Shown here: piece after piece, positions 21,060-33,978 of the stretch | Layout: each line of letters starts with the position of its first letter | Position numbering within the stretch: position 1 is the first letter of the stretch | Origin: Octopus bimaculoides | Taxonomy: Eukaryota | Direction of reading: 5' to 3' | NCBI RefSeq assembly: GCF_001194135.2 | Contig: NC_069005.1 | Span: 20,529,264 to 20,570,196 of the forward strand | Length of the DNA: 40,933 nucleotides | Translations under genes and position numbers: made by a program | Notes under the pieces: generated by a model | Seen by the model: only the letters and a program-made list of their open reading frames with translations | What the model was told of the DNA's origin: nothing | Databases searched by the model: none

Positions 21060-23170
21060 GATATAATTCGTAAAGCATGTGAGGTTAAGAGAGATATCCT
21101 CGACAGCAACACATATACTTCTGTGCCTCTTGCAATATCTGCACATGCCCCCCCCCCCCCATGCACACATAACAACCATCTTGCAGACCAAGAACAAATT
21201 CTCAAATCTTCTTGTAAGTCACCCTAATCTCACCACTCTGACAGTCTTGAAACCTTCAGCCTGCCACGGAGTGACACACCACATCTCCATTACCCCGCCT
21301 CCCCAGTGCACATCTGTGCATGTCATCTATCACCAGACAAACTTGTAATTGCAGAGTTTGTCAATATGGAGGCATTGGGCATAGTTCGCCAATCAAGTGC
21401 TCCCTGGTCATCACCCCTGCATGTGGCCCCCAAATCCAGCTTGGACTGCACTCACAGTTGACGCAGCCAACACAGCCATTGGGGGTGTTTTGGAACAATA
21501 CATCAACAGTCAGTGGCAGCCGCTCACCTTCTTCAGCCGACAACTACGAACCCCTGAACAGCAATACAGTGATTTTGACAGGGAACTACTGGCTGTCCAT
21601 CTAAGTGTCTGCCACTTTCGCTATTTCCTTGAAGACTGCCGTTTACAGTATTCACAGATCACAAACCACTCACCTTTGCTATGAGCAAGCTCTTGGAGCC
21701 TTGGTCTGTAGACCAGCAACGACAGCTATCGGCCATTTCTGAGTACACCACAGACATCCAACACATAGCTGGCAAGGGCAACCCAGTTTCCGACACACTC
21801 TTTTGTGCTCCTACCTGCTCTTACACCCACCTAGCACCAATAACGGAAGGCTTGGATTACGAAGCTATGGTTCAACCCAACAGACAGATGACGAGATCAG
21901 GGCATACCATCCTGCCATTACATCACTTTCTTTGCAGGATGTACACTTTGGCACTAACGGCACAACCCTACTGTGTGACATATCCACTGGGAAGCCACGA
22001 CCGATTGTCTCATCAGCCTGGCGCAAGGAGGTTTTCACCATCATTCATGGACTTTCCCACCCAGGTACTAAAGCCACACAGCAGCTGCTGTCAAGCAAAT
22101 TTATCTGGCATAGTATGGCCAGGCAAATTAGGGACTGGACCAGGTCCTGCATCCCCTGTCAGCAAGCCAAGGTCCATCAACACACCAAAGCACCCCTCGG
22201 CAACTATGACCCACCTCAGGCCCGATTCAGCCATGTCAACATCGACCTTGTCAGCCCCCTACCACCTTCACGGGGTTGCTCATATCTACTGACCTTGGTA
22301 GGCCACTATACCCGTTGGCCTGAGGCTATCCCTCTCCACAGCACGGAAACACAAGAAGTCAGCTGAACCTTCATCACAAATGGGTCACCCATTTCAGTAT
22401 CCCAGACAGCATCTCATCCAATCAGGGTCCACAATTCACCTCAAAGCTGTGGAATGACATGTGTGACTTTTTCAGAATCGCAATGAACCACACAACAGCC
22501 TACCACCCACAGACCAACGGATTAGTGGAGAGATTTCACCACTGCCTGAAGAAATCCCTGACAACCAGACTTAATGGGCCGAATTGGATTGACCAACTGC
22601 CATGGGTGATGCTGGGAATCCACACCACCCCAAAAGAAAATCTCAACACTTCCTCCATGGAAATGGTGTATGGTGCTCCTCTTACAGTGCCAAGAGGGTT
22701 CCTTCTGAATATGAAGTCAGACGTGGATGTCAAAAGGTACCTTGCTCAACTGAGAGACAGCATGGGCCAGTTGCACCCTGTTCCCATGTCGACACATGGT
22801 ACACCCAGATCATCCGTACCAAATGACCTCTGCATAGCTAACTTAGTCTTCGTTCAACATGACACACAACGAAAACCCCTCCAGTCACCCTACGATGGTC
22901 CATATCAAGTCATACATCTGGGAGATAAAACATTCCAACTCCTAATTGGCGGACGACAAGACACAGTCTCCATCGAAAGATTGAAACTGGCCCATCTCAA
23001 TATTGACAACCCCTTTCAGGTAGCCCAGCCACCAAACAACCCTAGGCAGATCACACCAACCCTTGACAAGGAACAATCATCAAAGAACTGAGTAACCACA
23101 TGCATGGGCAGGACAATTAAAATGGTTTCCCATTTCCAATGACTGTCAACAGTTCTGCTAGGGAGCTAAG
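21060..23170 (+). mobile_element. Ty3/Gypsy LTR retrotransposon pol remnant (RT start, RNase H, integrase), dead
   Basis: GVTHHI...WSSPLHVAPK (RT N-terminus), LTVDAANTAIGGVLEQ...FFSRQL...DRELLA (RNase H), HPG...FIW...CIPCQ (IN zinc finger), HVNIDLV, NQGPQFTS, TAYHPQTNGLVERFH (IN core), PYDGPY (GPY/F). Order is RT-RH-IN; many frameshifts; purine-rich PPT-like tract near 23160. Confidence 0.9.
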
Positions 23171-24325
23171 TAGGCAGGATTCATGACAGACGAACTGTAG
23201 ACAGGAACTTCACTGTGGGTTAGCTAGGAAGTTGGTCAGCAGTGAAAGAAACTTGTGGTAGGAGAAGAAAAACAAAAGAATGTCAATGGTGTTAAATGAA
23301 TCTGAATGAACTAAACAGAAATAACTGGTGACTTAAGCCCTGGTGTACGTAAAGTAGTAAACCTTTGATAAATGTATTCTCATCTCCACTGGTTTGTTTG
23401 CCTATAACTTAACAAAGCTATACAGGGATTGCTTGAAGTTGATCAAGAAGTTGAAGAACTCTCTTTCACAAATGAGAAGTGAGAAAGTTTTTGAAAACTA
23501 TTTTGGCAAAATATCATTCGTGAAAATGTCTGACACTTTTTGTTTCAGGAATATACCGCTGAGCTTCAGACATACAACTACTGAAGAAGGTGCTCTTTCT
23601 ATCATCGATGACTAGCATTAGCAATTTTTCAGCATCATTGATGTCATCGAAAATGAATTGAATTGCCACTTTCAGCAATGAGGGAATGTACATATGCTCT
23701 GAGTGAGAGCATTTGCAGTTACCTGCTGTGAGACATTTGAGCTTGCAAATGCCTACCTGCCTTTTTCATTTTACTTGCTCTCACTGACATCACAAATCAA
23801 ACTCCTTACTGGCCTATGGATGGAAAAAAACGATTTACCCAAATAACTGCATGACATTGTTGAAAATGAAGAACTTCCGGTGCTGTTATTCATTATAGTG
23901 TTGATGTTAACCCAGCTTATTCTGTCTTGTACATAACGGAAAGTGCTTCAAGTTATTCTAAAAAAATTTTCTACTCTCATTTTGACAATGAAACTTTCCA
24001 TGAGAATGTACAAAGCATTTTCATTGCACAAGTTTTTATGTGCATACATTAAAGCCCAGTGTGTTAGACAGTGCTGCATCATTGTGGTATGGAGCCAAGT
24101 CTTGAAGTGCACTGAAGTTCTCTCGCGTGCAGTTTACTCTGTCTTTGAATCAATTGAGAGGACGTTCAGTGCACTTCACTGTTTGAAGACCTGACTGTGC
24201 CACAATGCATGTGCATAAAAACTTGTGCAAGAAAAACACCTTGCACATACTCATGGAAAGTTGCGTTGCCAAAACAATTGAGCATAGAAAATATTTTTGT
24301 AAAATTTGAAGCACTTTTACATATA

Positions 24326-25064
24326 TATGAAAGTGGGCTGGAAAGTTCTGGCTTGAAGGAGAGGTGCGAGAGCTGTGGAATCTTTGCTTTGAAGCAGATC
24401 TAGCTTGTTTCCTTGAACGCTTCCTAATATAGGATGTGTGCTGACTTCATCGCTTTGAACCAGAAACAAAGAAAAAATTCATGCAGTGGAAAAATTCCTC
24501 TTCACCTGCTCCAAAAAAGGCAAGGTCGTTTCAACTGCAGGGAAGGTGATGGCCTCAGTTTTTTGGAATGTAAAAGGCATTGTGTTTATCAACTATCTTT
24601 AAAATGATCACACCATCAATGGTGGGTTCTATGCCAACTTTCTAAGGCAGTTATAAAAGGCTACCAAGATCAAACACCCAGAAAAACTGATGAAGGGGGT
24701 CTTGTTTCATTAGGACAATGCTTCAGTGCACAAGTCCTTAGTTTCAATGGCTGCTGTGCATGACTGGCTTTGAACTGGTTGATCACTCTCCCTATTTTAG
24801 TGATTTGGTTCCATCTGACTATCACCTGTTTCCCAACATGAAAAAACATGGCTGGGTACCAATATCGCTGTGAAGATGATGCCTTATCTGCTGTTGATGA
24901 GTTCTTCGACCAACAGTTCTTTCATCACCAATGCAATCCAAGAACTGCAACATTGATGAAAGTGTGTAGACAGTAGGAGGAACTATGTTAAAAAATGAAC
25001 TTCATTTGGTCACATTCCATGAGAATGTCTTGCTCAGCCTATAAACATTTCAGTTGACCCTTAT
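24326..25064 (+). mobile_element. Mariner (Tc1/mariner) internally deleted DNA transposon
   Basis: Degenerate TIRs (tatgaaagtgggctggaaagttct / tttcagttgacccttata). Transposase remnants FEPETK..MQWK...PKKA...AGKVMASVFW..KGIV, DNASVH and HSPYFSDLVPSDYHLFP, with stops. Confidence 0.85.
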
Positions 25065-25382
25065 AATAATAATAAGAATTATTATTATTCCTGCATTCGT
25101 GTTAATATTAACATTGAAAAAATCCATCTATTTCGTAAAATAGTTTAGACCTGGGTTTGCACCCCCTGAGCAAATTTTGTTCCCAGGCCCCATGAGTGAA
25201 AGATTCTAAGGGTGTAAGCCCTGCCACCACATGTGTAAAACTTCACATGTGCATAAATACACTGATATATGAGTTCATAAGTATAAGATCTAAGACCACA
25301 TCAAGGTAAAGCATTGCAGAACAGAACAGAGTGCAATACAATAAAACAAAAGAATAGTAACAACATTTAAAGATCAAATCTG

Positions 25383-25388
25383 TTTATT
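25383..25388 (-). promoter_or_regulatory. Candidate polyadenylation signal AATAAA overlapping the protease stop codon
   Basis: GAA TAA ACA contains AATAAA. A GU/U-rich tract (tgttgttactattcttttgttttattgt) lies about 20-45 nt downstream. Confidence 0.5.
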
Positions 25389-25542
25389 CAAGCATTTCCA
25401 TGGCTTCTAAGATCCACTTACGGAAGTATGAAACATCAGTGAAGATAGCAGCATCTACATCACACCCATACCCAAAAGATGTAATACCAGCAACCACCAT
25501 GTTACCACGGTCAGGACAGTACAATGGGCCACCAGAATCTCC
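25384..25542 (-). CDS. Secreted S1A serine protease, exon 6 (catalytic Ser, stop)
   Basis: Acceptor tttttcag|GGA (phase 0). Encodes GDSGGPLYCPDRGNMVVAGITSFGYGCDVDAAIFTDVSYFRKWILEAMEMLE*. Confidence 0.95.
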   Translation of the reverse strand, partial: GDSGGPLYCPDRGNMVVAGITSFGYGCDVDAAIFTDVSYFRKWILEAMEMLE

Positions 25543-25671
25543 CTGAAAAAGCAAAACAAAATTGGAAATGCATAAATAAATAGTTTAATATATTATATTA
25601 CACTAGTTATTTGTAATGGAAACCTCATCAAGATCCAATCTGTCAAACTTTTGATTAGTTTGTAGTAGATC

Positions 25672-26055
25672 ATCATCATCATCATCGTTTAATGTCCACT
25701 CTCCATGCTGACATGGGTTGAATGGTTTGACACAGAGCTGGCCAGCAGGGAGCTGTCCAAGCTCCAGTTGTCTGTTGTAGTATGGTTTCTATGCCTGGAT
25801 ACCCTTCCTAATGCCAACCACTTAGCAGAGTGTGCTGGTACAGGTGCGCTATCACTACGCTGGCACAGGTGCTTTTTAAGTGTCACCAACACCTTTAAAG
25901 ACAAGCCTATATGTGCGGAAGACAGCGATTTTACTTAGCTTGACATGTCTTATCAAGTGCAACAAATCACCACATCTTCCAGTCCCTTGTCAGTTCCTCA
26001 GTGAGGCCCAGCATCTGAGAATCCCTTCTCACCACTTCATCCCACATCTTTCTGG
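25672..26055 (-). mobile_element. Family B / RTE 3'UTR copy in protease intron 5
   Basis: (ATC)n tail, ccatgctgacatggg and gatacccttcctaatgccaacc; homologous to 27123-27470. Confidence 0.7.
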
Positions 26056-26744
26056 GTCTACCCCACCATTGTTCTTCATATCATTTCTCCATCTATGCTG
26101 GAGAGAGGAAACTTAAGTTCAGCTTGACTTTTCATGACTTCCATCTCATAATGCATTTTCTTTACAACAATCTCCACTTTAACATTACTCTATCTTTGTC
26201 ACATGACTGCAAGCAATAGCAATTACTGCTGTCACAACACATGCATTTGTTCAAATTCTAAATACAAATCACAATAGCTAAGCTTAGTTAAATCATAGGG
26301 ATTCAACATTAAATTCGGTTAGCATAATAAATATACATTTCGATATGTAAAGAAAAAGACACATCTCTGTTTTGTTTCAAATTTATATATTTTTATACTC
26401 ACTTCTGAATAATTATTTTATAAATGATTTGTTACCATTTACAACCAGCTGTCCATCTTTTATTTTATTACACTTTCATTAGCTTGACCAGTACATTACC
26501 TATTGCTAACTCATCTTTTGCCTGGACTCCATCTCGTTTCATTTAACATTGGATTTTAGTTATTTTTTCTGGTCTCAGTACCTATCGACTGTGCTTATCG
26601 TATACCTTTTTTGACACAGTCTTACCCATTTTATTAAACTTTGCAACATTTACACTCATGCATTTCAATACATTTTTACACTTTTTGTCACCTATTGTAT
26701 TGATTTCTAACAATAGGTTGGAAAGATGATTAATTCTTACTCAC

Positions 26745-26893
26745 CACACAAGTGCTTGGTCCACCATCAACAAAATCTCCTGCACAGAGATGTTGTTTTT
26801 GCAGATTAGCATAGGACATCTTCTGTTTGCATTTCTCATGACTGATGACAGACATAGCAACATGATGAAGAGTTGAGGGTCCATGTTTTCCAG
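26745..26893 (-). CDS. Secreted S1A serine protease, exon 5
   Basis: tttttgtag|CT (phase 1) to GTG|gtgagt (phase 0); 149 nt. Encodes AGKHGPSTLHHVAMSVISHEKCKQKMSYANLQKQHLCAGDFVDGGPSTCV. Confidence 0.95.
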
Positions 26894-27122
26894 CTACAAA
26901 AATAATACATCAAAATTTAGACATAAAGACCAAACTATTTGTGAAATTTCATCAAAGATTATAAATCCATTCCATTAAGTATATAAAAGAACTCCTTCAA
27001 CAATGGCTAATGCTATAAAAGAAAAAGTGTTGCTTGTGAAAGGTCTTTGTTCAATAAAAATAGACAATAATTACTTTTGAAGTCATGATGACTTCAAAAG
27101 TCATCAATAATTACTTTTGAAG

Positions 27123-27635
27123 TCATCATCATCATCATCATTTAAGGTTTGTTTTCCATACTGGCATGGGTTAGATAATTTGACAGGAGCTAACCAACTG
27201 AAAGGTTGTTCAGGCTCCATGCTTTGACATGGTTTTCTTCAGCTGGATGCCCTTCCTAACACCGACCACTTTACAGAGTGTACCGAGTGCTTTTATGCAG
27301 CACCAGCATGGGTGCTTTTTACATGGCACCAGCACTTAAGAGTCCACTAGATTGGGGATGCTCAGCTGGAGAGGGTTGCAAGGGACAAGCCTGTATGCGA
27401 GACAACCTTGCTTTTATTTAGCTTGATACATCTTTTCAAGCACAACAAACCGCCAGAAGTCTTGGTCCCCTGTAATCCCCTCTGTGAGTCCCAATGTTTG
27501 TACATCCTTTCTCACCACTTTGTCCCACGTCTTCCCACATGTTCCCTTTGCAATTAGAGATTGATATCTCTTGATGCAGTTCTCTTCATTCATACGCATT
27601 ACATGGCCATACCAGGACAGATTTCTCTTTTGCAC
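27123..27635 (-). mobile_element. RTE-clade LINE 3' end (ORF2 tail + 3'UTR + (ATG)n)
   Basis: RNLSWYGHVMRMNEENCIK...KTWDKVVRKDVQTLGL...W, followed by the family B 3'UTR. Confidence 0.8.
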
Positions 27636-29023
27636 ACTACATCTGTTGCTATGTATATACAAAGATTTAATTGTAGTTTGCAAAAACTACAATCTTTAAT
27701 GCCATTATCTAACCAAGCATAAAGAGTATGAAAAACTGAAAGGATCTCAGTGATTAGACAAGGTAACATTTCTAAAATGATTTTTTTACAAACAGAAATC
27801 TATTCTCAAAGGATCTTAATGAGAATACTTCCTTAAGTTATGAAGTCTGTGAGATCTAATTTGTTAAGTGAAATAACATATCAAAGGTAAGTTTGTCAGT
27901 GTACAATTACTTTTGCACATATTTTAATTCTGACAGTTTCTGACTGCATAAAAGACATGGCTAACAGTATTCAAAAATCTTTGAAAATTGTAACTTCCGA
28001 CTCTGGGTTTAATTTGATAGCTGTAGATAAGACAACAAATATAATACTTTTGATAACATGATAATAACAGCAAATTTATGAGATTATTTGCTATTAAAGC
28101 AATGAATGAAATCACAAAAGGTAAAGATCTTTTTCTAAGGTAAGCACAGCAATAGTGATTTTGATTTGTCATAAGAATAATTTAAGATGATTTAAGAAAA
28201 ATGTTTGGAGTAATAGGGAGGAGAATGGCAAGAACACAACTGGATTGGAGTGAATGCTGTGGCCAGTGAAGCAGACTGGGCATCAGACAGCTTGGCTGAT
28301 CCAAGTGATCCAGGTGATATGAATAATTCAAGAGTGTATTTAGGAGTTATAAATGGTGTTTCATCCATGGTAGTGTCTCAAAAATAATTTTTTTATTTTG
28401 ACCAAGAAACAATTGCAGGACCATCAACTAGAATCTAATAATTTAATAATGGGATCATCTTATTCACCAACAAAATGTCTAAGCTAAGAAATGTATTAAC
28501 TTTACAAAAAAGTAAAGAATTGAAATTTAATCCTTTAGCATTTAAATGGACCATATCTGACCAAAATATTCTACCTATTCCATATCCAGACAAGCCAGAT
28601 TCAGCTTCTCACATCTACTCTACAACGTTAGTCTAAAAATAAATGCTCAAATAATCAAAATCACAAATCTTAAAGATAATGAATGATAAATTCAAAACAA
28701 AGTGAATAAATAAGCATTACATTTGACAAGGTAATAATCTGAATACTAGTGGGTTGAGTAAATTCTTTAGAGTCTGTTCACAGAATGTAGAGGAGATATT
28801 CTCTGGCAAAGCAAAGGAAACATGCTCAGTCACTTCCATACTTTAAAAGAGGAAGTTAAACTCTTCATGGATGTTAAAAGAATTAAATAATCAAAACTAG
28901 TTATGTATTTTGTCATTTTTAGCTGATATTACTATCCATTTAAATGATCTAAGAACAGTGATTGGGTTTGGAATTCAGACTAACAAAAAAGAGCAAAAAA
29001 TATGTGAAAGAAAGCACACTAAC

Positions 29024-29158
29024 CTCCAACGGCACCCCATCCAGCAGCAATGCACTTCCTATTGTCATAAACCGTATTAGCGGGTGGTAAAGGTGATGCT
29101 TTTATACAGTTAGAGAAAGTGACAGGACTTTCCAGATGGAGTACAGCGACATCGTTAC
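29024..29158 (-). CDS. Secreted S1A serine protease, exon 4 (catalytic Asp)
   Basis: tattttcag|GT (phase 1) to G|gttagt (phase 1); 135 nt. Encodes RNDVAVLHLESPVTFSNCIKASPLPPANTVYDNRKCIAAGWGAVG. Confidence 0.95.
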
Positions 29159-29373
29159 CTGAAAATATCAACCAATAATTATTATTCTTTTTATTTGTCA
29201 CAAGGGTGACAAATGAATACAACATAATAAGGACAAATTACAAAAGAAATGTGGGTTTATGTAGGAATATTTATGGAAAAAAAAAAAGCTGATATGAAAA
29301 CAAAAACATACAAAAGGTATGAAATGAGATATTTTAATATGGAATAATCACTAAAGGTAGTCAAGAAACTATA

Positions 29374-30017
29374 TAGGAGGGGGAGCTGAAAAGTTCCTGG
29401 CTTTAAGAGTATTGCAAAAGGCCTGTAGTGATGTCTAATATCAGTCGCCATTTTGGGAAGTTTGTCCACGCATGTACAGAGACATGTCTTCCGGAAGGCA
29501 TGCATGAAGTCCCTTATGCACATGCGTGGTCATCCTATATCAAAGCGCTCCCGCCTTTTCTGGACCTCCTAGTGCTGGACCTTCAAAGACACCAGACCAC
29601 TAAGAGCTGCTCCGTAACTCTGCCTTTGAGTCAAGCAAACTTCTTCGGGGGCTGAAGAATGACTTAATAAACCAGCATCGACACTATCTCCACACCAACC
29701 ATAAAGGGCGAGCTGGCAATTCCGTTACTCGAGATGTAGGCTGAACACCTCATAATAAATATTTGTTATGCTGTTATTCAATTTATCCAACGTTTTCGTT
29801 TTCATTAAAGAGAATTGTTTTGTACGGGATAGGGTTACCCAATGATAGTGGCCCTATATCCTACAGGCCCAACCTTCCGAGTTCTTTTACAGGACTTAGA
29901 AAAACTGAAGGACCACTGTGAATCTGAGAGGGGAATATGTTGAATAAAATCATAATTCACTGATCCTCCTGTATTTTCTTTTACCTAAAACTAGGAACTT
30001 TTCAGCACCCCCTTGTA
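29374..30017. mobile_element. Mariner-derived MITE with 27-bp TIRs, in protease intron 3
   Basis: Left taggagggggagctgaaaagttcctgg vs reverse complement of the right end tacaagggggtgctgaaaagttcctag (23/27 identical), with TA ends. Confidence 0.8.
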
Positions 30018-30089
30018 GATCCAGGATTATGCTGACTACCAAAAATCAAGTACCTTCACCTAATTGTACTTTCCTGCCTACATGTTTAT

Positions 30090-30350
30090 GCAGAAAGTAG
30101 GCCCATTCCCTCCAGTCAAGCTCACCACTCTTACCTGTTATTTAGTTAATACACTGGATGGCAGAACCTCCCACCTTCCTCTTCAAGTGAAACTTGAAAA
30201 AGTCAATAAGGGTTTCACTGAAAAGGAAAGTATCTGTTCTCAGTCCTTTCACTATGGTCACTAGACACAGGAAAACTTCCTTCCCTTCCTGGTAAAGGGA
30301 ATGCAGCTGGACATTCATATGATGAACACAGCTATTAGCCAGATCCATTC
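30090..30350 (-). mobile_element. Possible decayed L1/Tx1-like LINE C-terminal fragment
   Basis: ORF ...EVFLCLVTIVKGLRTDTFLFSETLIDFFKFHLKRK resembles the C-terminus of LINE ORF2; no diagnostic motif is intact. Confidence 0.3.
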
Positions 30351-30946
30351 TAAATACAATAATAGCTGTTCAATTTAACTCCATAAATTTACAATGCTTG
30401 GATGCTAAATAAGAGTATTCAGAACAGTTTCATTGCTTTCTCTCACTGCATATTGGATAAGTGTGGCAGGTAGCATTTTCGTACCTGCACAGTTTATCAT
30501 GCAATGTCAGTCCTTACCAAGTTCTCCATAATTCAAAGATACTGAAAGAGACTGCTGAGTTGAGCTACATCAATGTTGTGATCATTTCTCAGAACATTGT
30601 TGTTTCTGCTCATCCTAACCTTCTGAAGTCTGCAGGTGTTGATGCTTCACCAGCTGCACTCTTTGACTGGCAGAGACTGCTTGACAATATTCACAAAACC
30701 AGACACCAAACATCAAACCTTGGGCTTTCCTTAATCCTAGAACTGCAGCTCTTTCAAAGATAAGCGCCATGGGAGACAAATTTGATAAAAGATTGTTATA
30801 GCTGTTCAACTTCAAAAGTAGTAACAACAATCAAAGGATGAACAGCAAAGTTGACCTCAGCAGGATTTGAACTCTGAATGTAAGGAACATAACTAACTGC
30901 AGCAAAGCATTCTGTTTTGCACTCACCTGAGTCTTCTGCCCTATAT

Positions 30947-31165
30947 ATATCATCATCATCATCATCATCCTTTAACGTCCGCTCTCCATGCTGGCATGGG
31001 TTAGACGATTTGATTGGAGCTGATGAACCAGAGAACTGCACCCGGTACCAGTCTGATTTGGGATGGTTTCTACTGCTGGATGCCCTTCCTAATGCCAACC
31101 ACTCCAGGAGTGTAGTGGGTGCTTTTACGTGCCACCGACACAGGTGCCATTTACATGGCACTGGC
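30947..31165 (-). mobile_element. Family B SINE/RTE tail
   Basis: Close reverse-complement homologue of 60-223 (tttaacgtccgctctccatgctggcatgggttagacgatttga). Confidence 0.75.
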
Positions 31166-31984
31166 AGTGATCATAATGATTCATGGGTGCCAATGTAGAT
31201 GGCACTGTCGATGACTGATACACACACAAATATGAATTAGAAGCAGTGTGAGCATTGTAAACATTATCAGCCACACATACTCATTGTATGTGGTTTGCTT
31301 TTTACCAGTAGGCTGCGGGTTAGCATAGCGGGAATGACTCCCTCAAAGTGCTAGATGCTAAAACATCCAAAAATCATAGACAGGTGAGACAACTCGCATT
31401 CAGGAATGATGGACATCGATATTTCACCATTTTTGTGGCTTATCAACATCACTAACTCTGAACCAAATCAGAGTAGAACTGGATCACCAATCTATGACAG
31501 CATACAAATAGTATAATAACCATTTGCTGGTATGCCATGATGATGTATACATAAGAATCATCATGATCCATAGGACTTATAAAACCAAGGCTTCACCCAG
31601 TTTCCATGGCAAATGAGTGACTGAGGTAACAAGAATCCTCTTGAACAGGATGCCAATTCATTTTGGGATTAATTTTCCAATTATTGCTGGAACTCATTTT
31701 GCAGTTGTGTGAATGGGAGCAATGTGAAAATGTAGTGTTTTGCTCAAGAACATATTGCACTGCTTGGCCTGGGAATTGAAGCCACAATCCTATGATTGTA
31801 TGTGCAACACCCTAACCACTAAGCCATGTATCTTCACATACAACAGTTAAAAATCGTTTTGTCAGTCTGAAATACCATAGTGAAACATTGCATTCATCTC
31901 GACAAACTGACTGAAGTTATTCCTAACATTTTTAATGGTATAGGTTTGATTATAATATTATGGCAGACATGGTCCACTCTCCTG

Positions 31985-32118
31985 GGTTGTTGGTGTTAGG
32001 AAGGGCATCCAGCTGTAAACACCATGCTTAAATAGACACAGTAACTTGGTGCAGGCTCCTACCTGGTCAGCTCCTGTCAAACCATCCAACTTATGCCAGC
32101 ATGGAAGGCAGATGTTAA

Positions 32119-32207
<89 letters not shown>
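31985..32207 (+). mobile_element. Family B SINE/RTE tail with long (ATG)n tail ending ~55 nt from the exon 3 donor
   Basis: gttaggaagggcatccagctgtaaac...gccagcatggaaggcagatgttaaatgatgatg. Confidence 0.75.
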
Positions 32208-32208
<1 letters not shown>

Positions 32209-32262
32209 GAAGAAATAAGGATAAGAAATAAGAATAAGAAATAAGAATCTACATGTACTTAC

Positions 32263-32384
32263 GCATGGGGGTATCGGTGAAGCTAGGATGCATAGCCCAT
32301 GAATTAGCATTGATGGTCAAAACGTTAGAGTTCTCTACATCAATATCTCCAATTCGGACTCTAATTGTGTGTGTTCCTTTAGCA
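32263..32384 (-). CDS. Secreted S1A serine protease, exon 3 (absent from the ORF track)
   Basis: ttcttgaaacag|T (phase 2) to C|gtaagt (phase 1); 122 nt. Bridges HC-F to R-ND with FAKGTHTIRVRIGDIDVENSNVLTINANSWAMHPSFTDTPM (V..G.....HP.F consensus). Confidence 0.93.
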
Positions 32385-32581
32385 CTGTTTCAAGAAATCA
32401 GAATGAAAGCAAAACAGATATAGACAACACAAATGAAACAAAAACTGAATGATATCAACCACAAAATGCCTAAAACCCGCATTTTCTTGCAATCCCCCAA
32501 AATGCAACTTCTTTGCTCCAGCCAATGGACTGAGGCGTGAGAGCTGACTTCAAGGAAGAAATTTTCTTTTTATGCAAACTG

Positions 32582-32614
<33 letters not shown>

Positions 32615-33676
32615 CCTTCAATATTTAACATCTGTTCTCCATGTTTACATGGGCTGCACAGCATGATAGAAACTGATAAGGCCAGGGCCACACCAGGTTC
32701 CATAGTCTGTTTTGGCTTGGTTACTATGGCTGAATGCCCTTCCTAACGCCTACTCTTTTGTGGGAGGCGGGTCTTCTCAAGTACAGCAATGTGCTACATA
32801 TCTCAGTTCTCCGTCATCTCCTTCATAAGATTCAGTGTTTTGTGATCAGCTTTCAAAACCTTGTCCAATGTCTTCCTGGGTTTCCCTCTTCCACAACTTC
32901 CCTTCACTTTAAATGATCAGCAAAAATTACGTTGGTCAATGAGTAATATTATTTTAGACATTTCTCCAAGTATGTGAGATAACCCAAGATTGCTTTTTGA
33001 TCTTATTATGGTCTCATCAGTGAAGCATACACTTCACTATACATACTAATGCAATGCTGATAGAGTCACTATGTAAATGTACCATTATTATACACTAATT
33101 AGCTTAGAAATTAAAATTGTTTAAAACAATATATTTTAGCCCTCTTCTACCGTTAATAGAAAGTTTAGGATTTAATTTCCCTCCACCATACTGTAGAAAG
33201 AAGTAATTTATCTTGTGTACAACACAACTGTTACATAATACGAACAATCTTATATTTCTGTATTTGATGGCATATATAACACTGTTTTCAAAACAATGTG
33301 TCAAAACATTACCTTGCATTCTATATGCAAAGTTTTGGCCTATATTACATGCTTTTATGCATTAAAACTTTTTGCTGAATAAGTGCTGCTGAAATTGGAG
33401 TACATCTAATATGCTTGTGTGTCTTTTATATTATGAAATAGAGTAACTTAATATTATCAACCTTCAAATCAACATTAAGAAAAATAAATCTCGTGGAAAC
33501 AGTAACAACCATGTTAAAGAATTTTAAACTAAAAAACAGTTTTTGCAATGATCCCCAAAATTTATCCCCTGAAAATCTTGAAATTTCACTTGGAGTTGTT
33601 GGGGAGAGGGTAATTTCTCCCAATTTAAAATCTTTAGTTTATCAAGGAACTTAGATATTAAGGGCAAAATGATGTT

Positions 33677-33892
33677 GGCTTCAAATTTTGGCACAAGGCC
33701 AACAATTTTGGGGGGAAGGAGTAAGTTGATTACATTGACCCCAACGTTCAAACGGTACTTGTTTTAACAAATCCAAAAGGATGAAAGGCGAAGTGAACCT
33801 CAGCAGAATTTGAGCTCAAAATGCAAAGACAGATGAAATGCTGTTAAACATTTTTGCCCAGTGATCTAATGATTCTGCCAGCTCGCTGCCTT
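33677..33892 (-). mobile_element. tRNA-derived SINE (family A)
   Basis: Minus strand head aaggcagcgagctggcagaatc..., B-box gagctcaaattc, and family core. Confidence 0.75.
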
Positions 33893-33905
33893 AAAATGTT
33901 ATGTA

Positions 33906-33978
33906 AGATTCTAGCAAGTTTCGAACTCATGACCTTCTGCATGTTAAGCAGATGGGATAACCACTACACCACGGGACC
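33906..33978 (-). pseudogene. tRNA-Val (AAC) pseudogene in protease intron 2
   Basis: GGTCCCG TG GTG TAGTGGTTAT CCC A TCTGC TT-AAC-AT GCAGA AGGTC ATGAG TTCGAAA CTTGC TAGAATC T. Anticodon stem intact; acceptor, D and T stems mismatched. TTTT follows ~9 nt downstream. Confidence 0.85.

Noticed and set aside
23394-24300. Non-repetitive block with short ORFs between Gypsy and mariner
   Set aside because: No motif or splice-consistent exon could be supported; probably decayed TE sequence.
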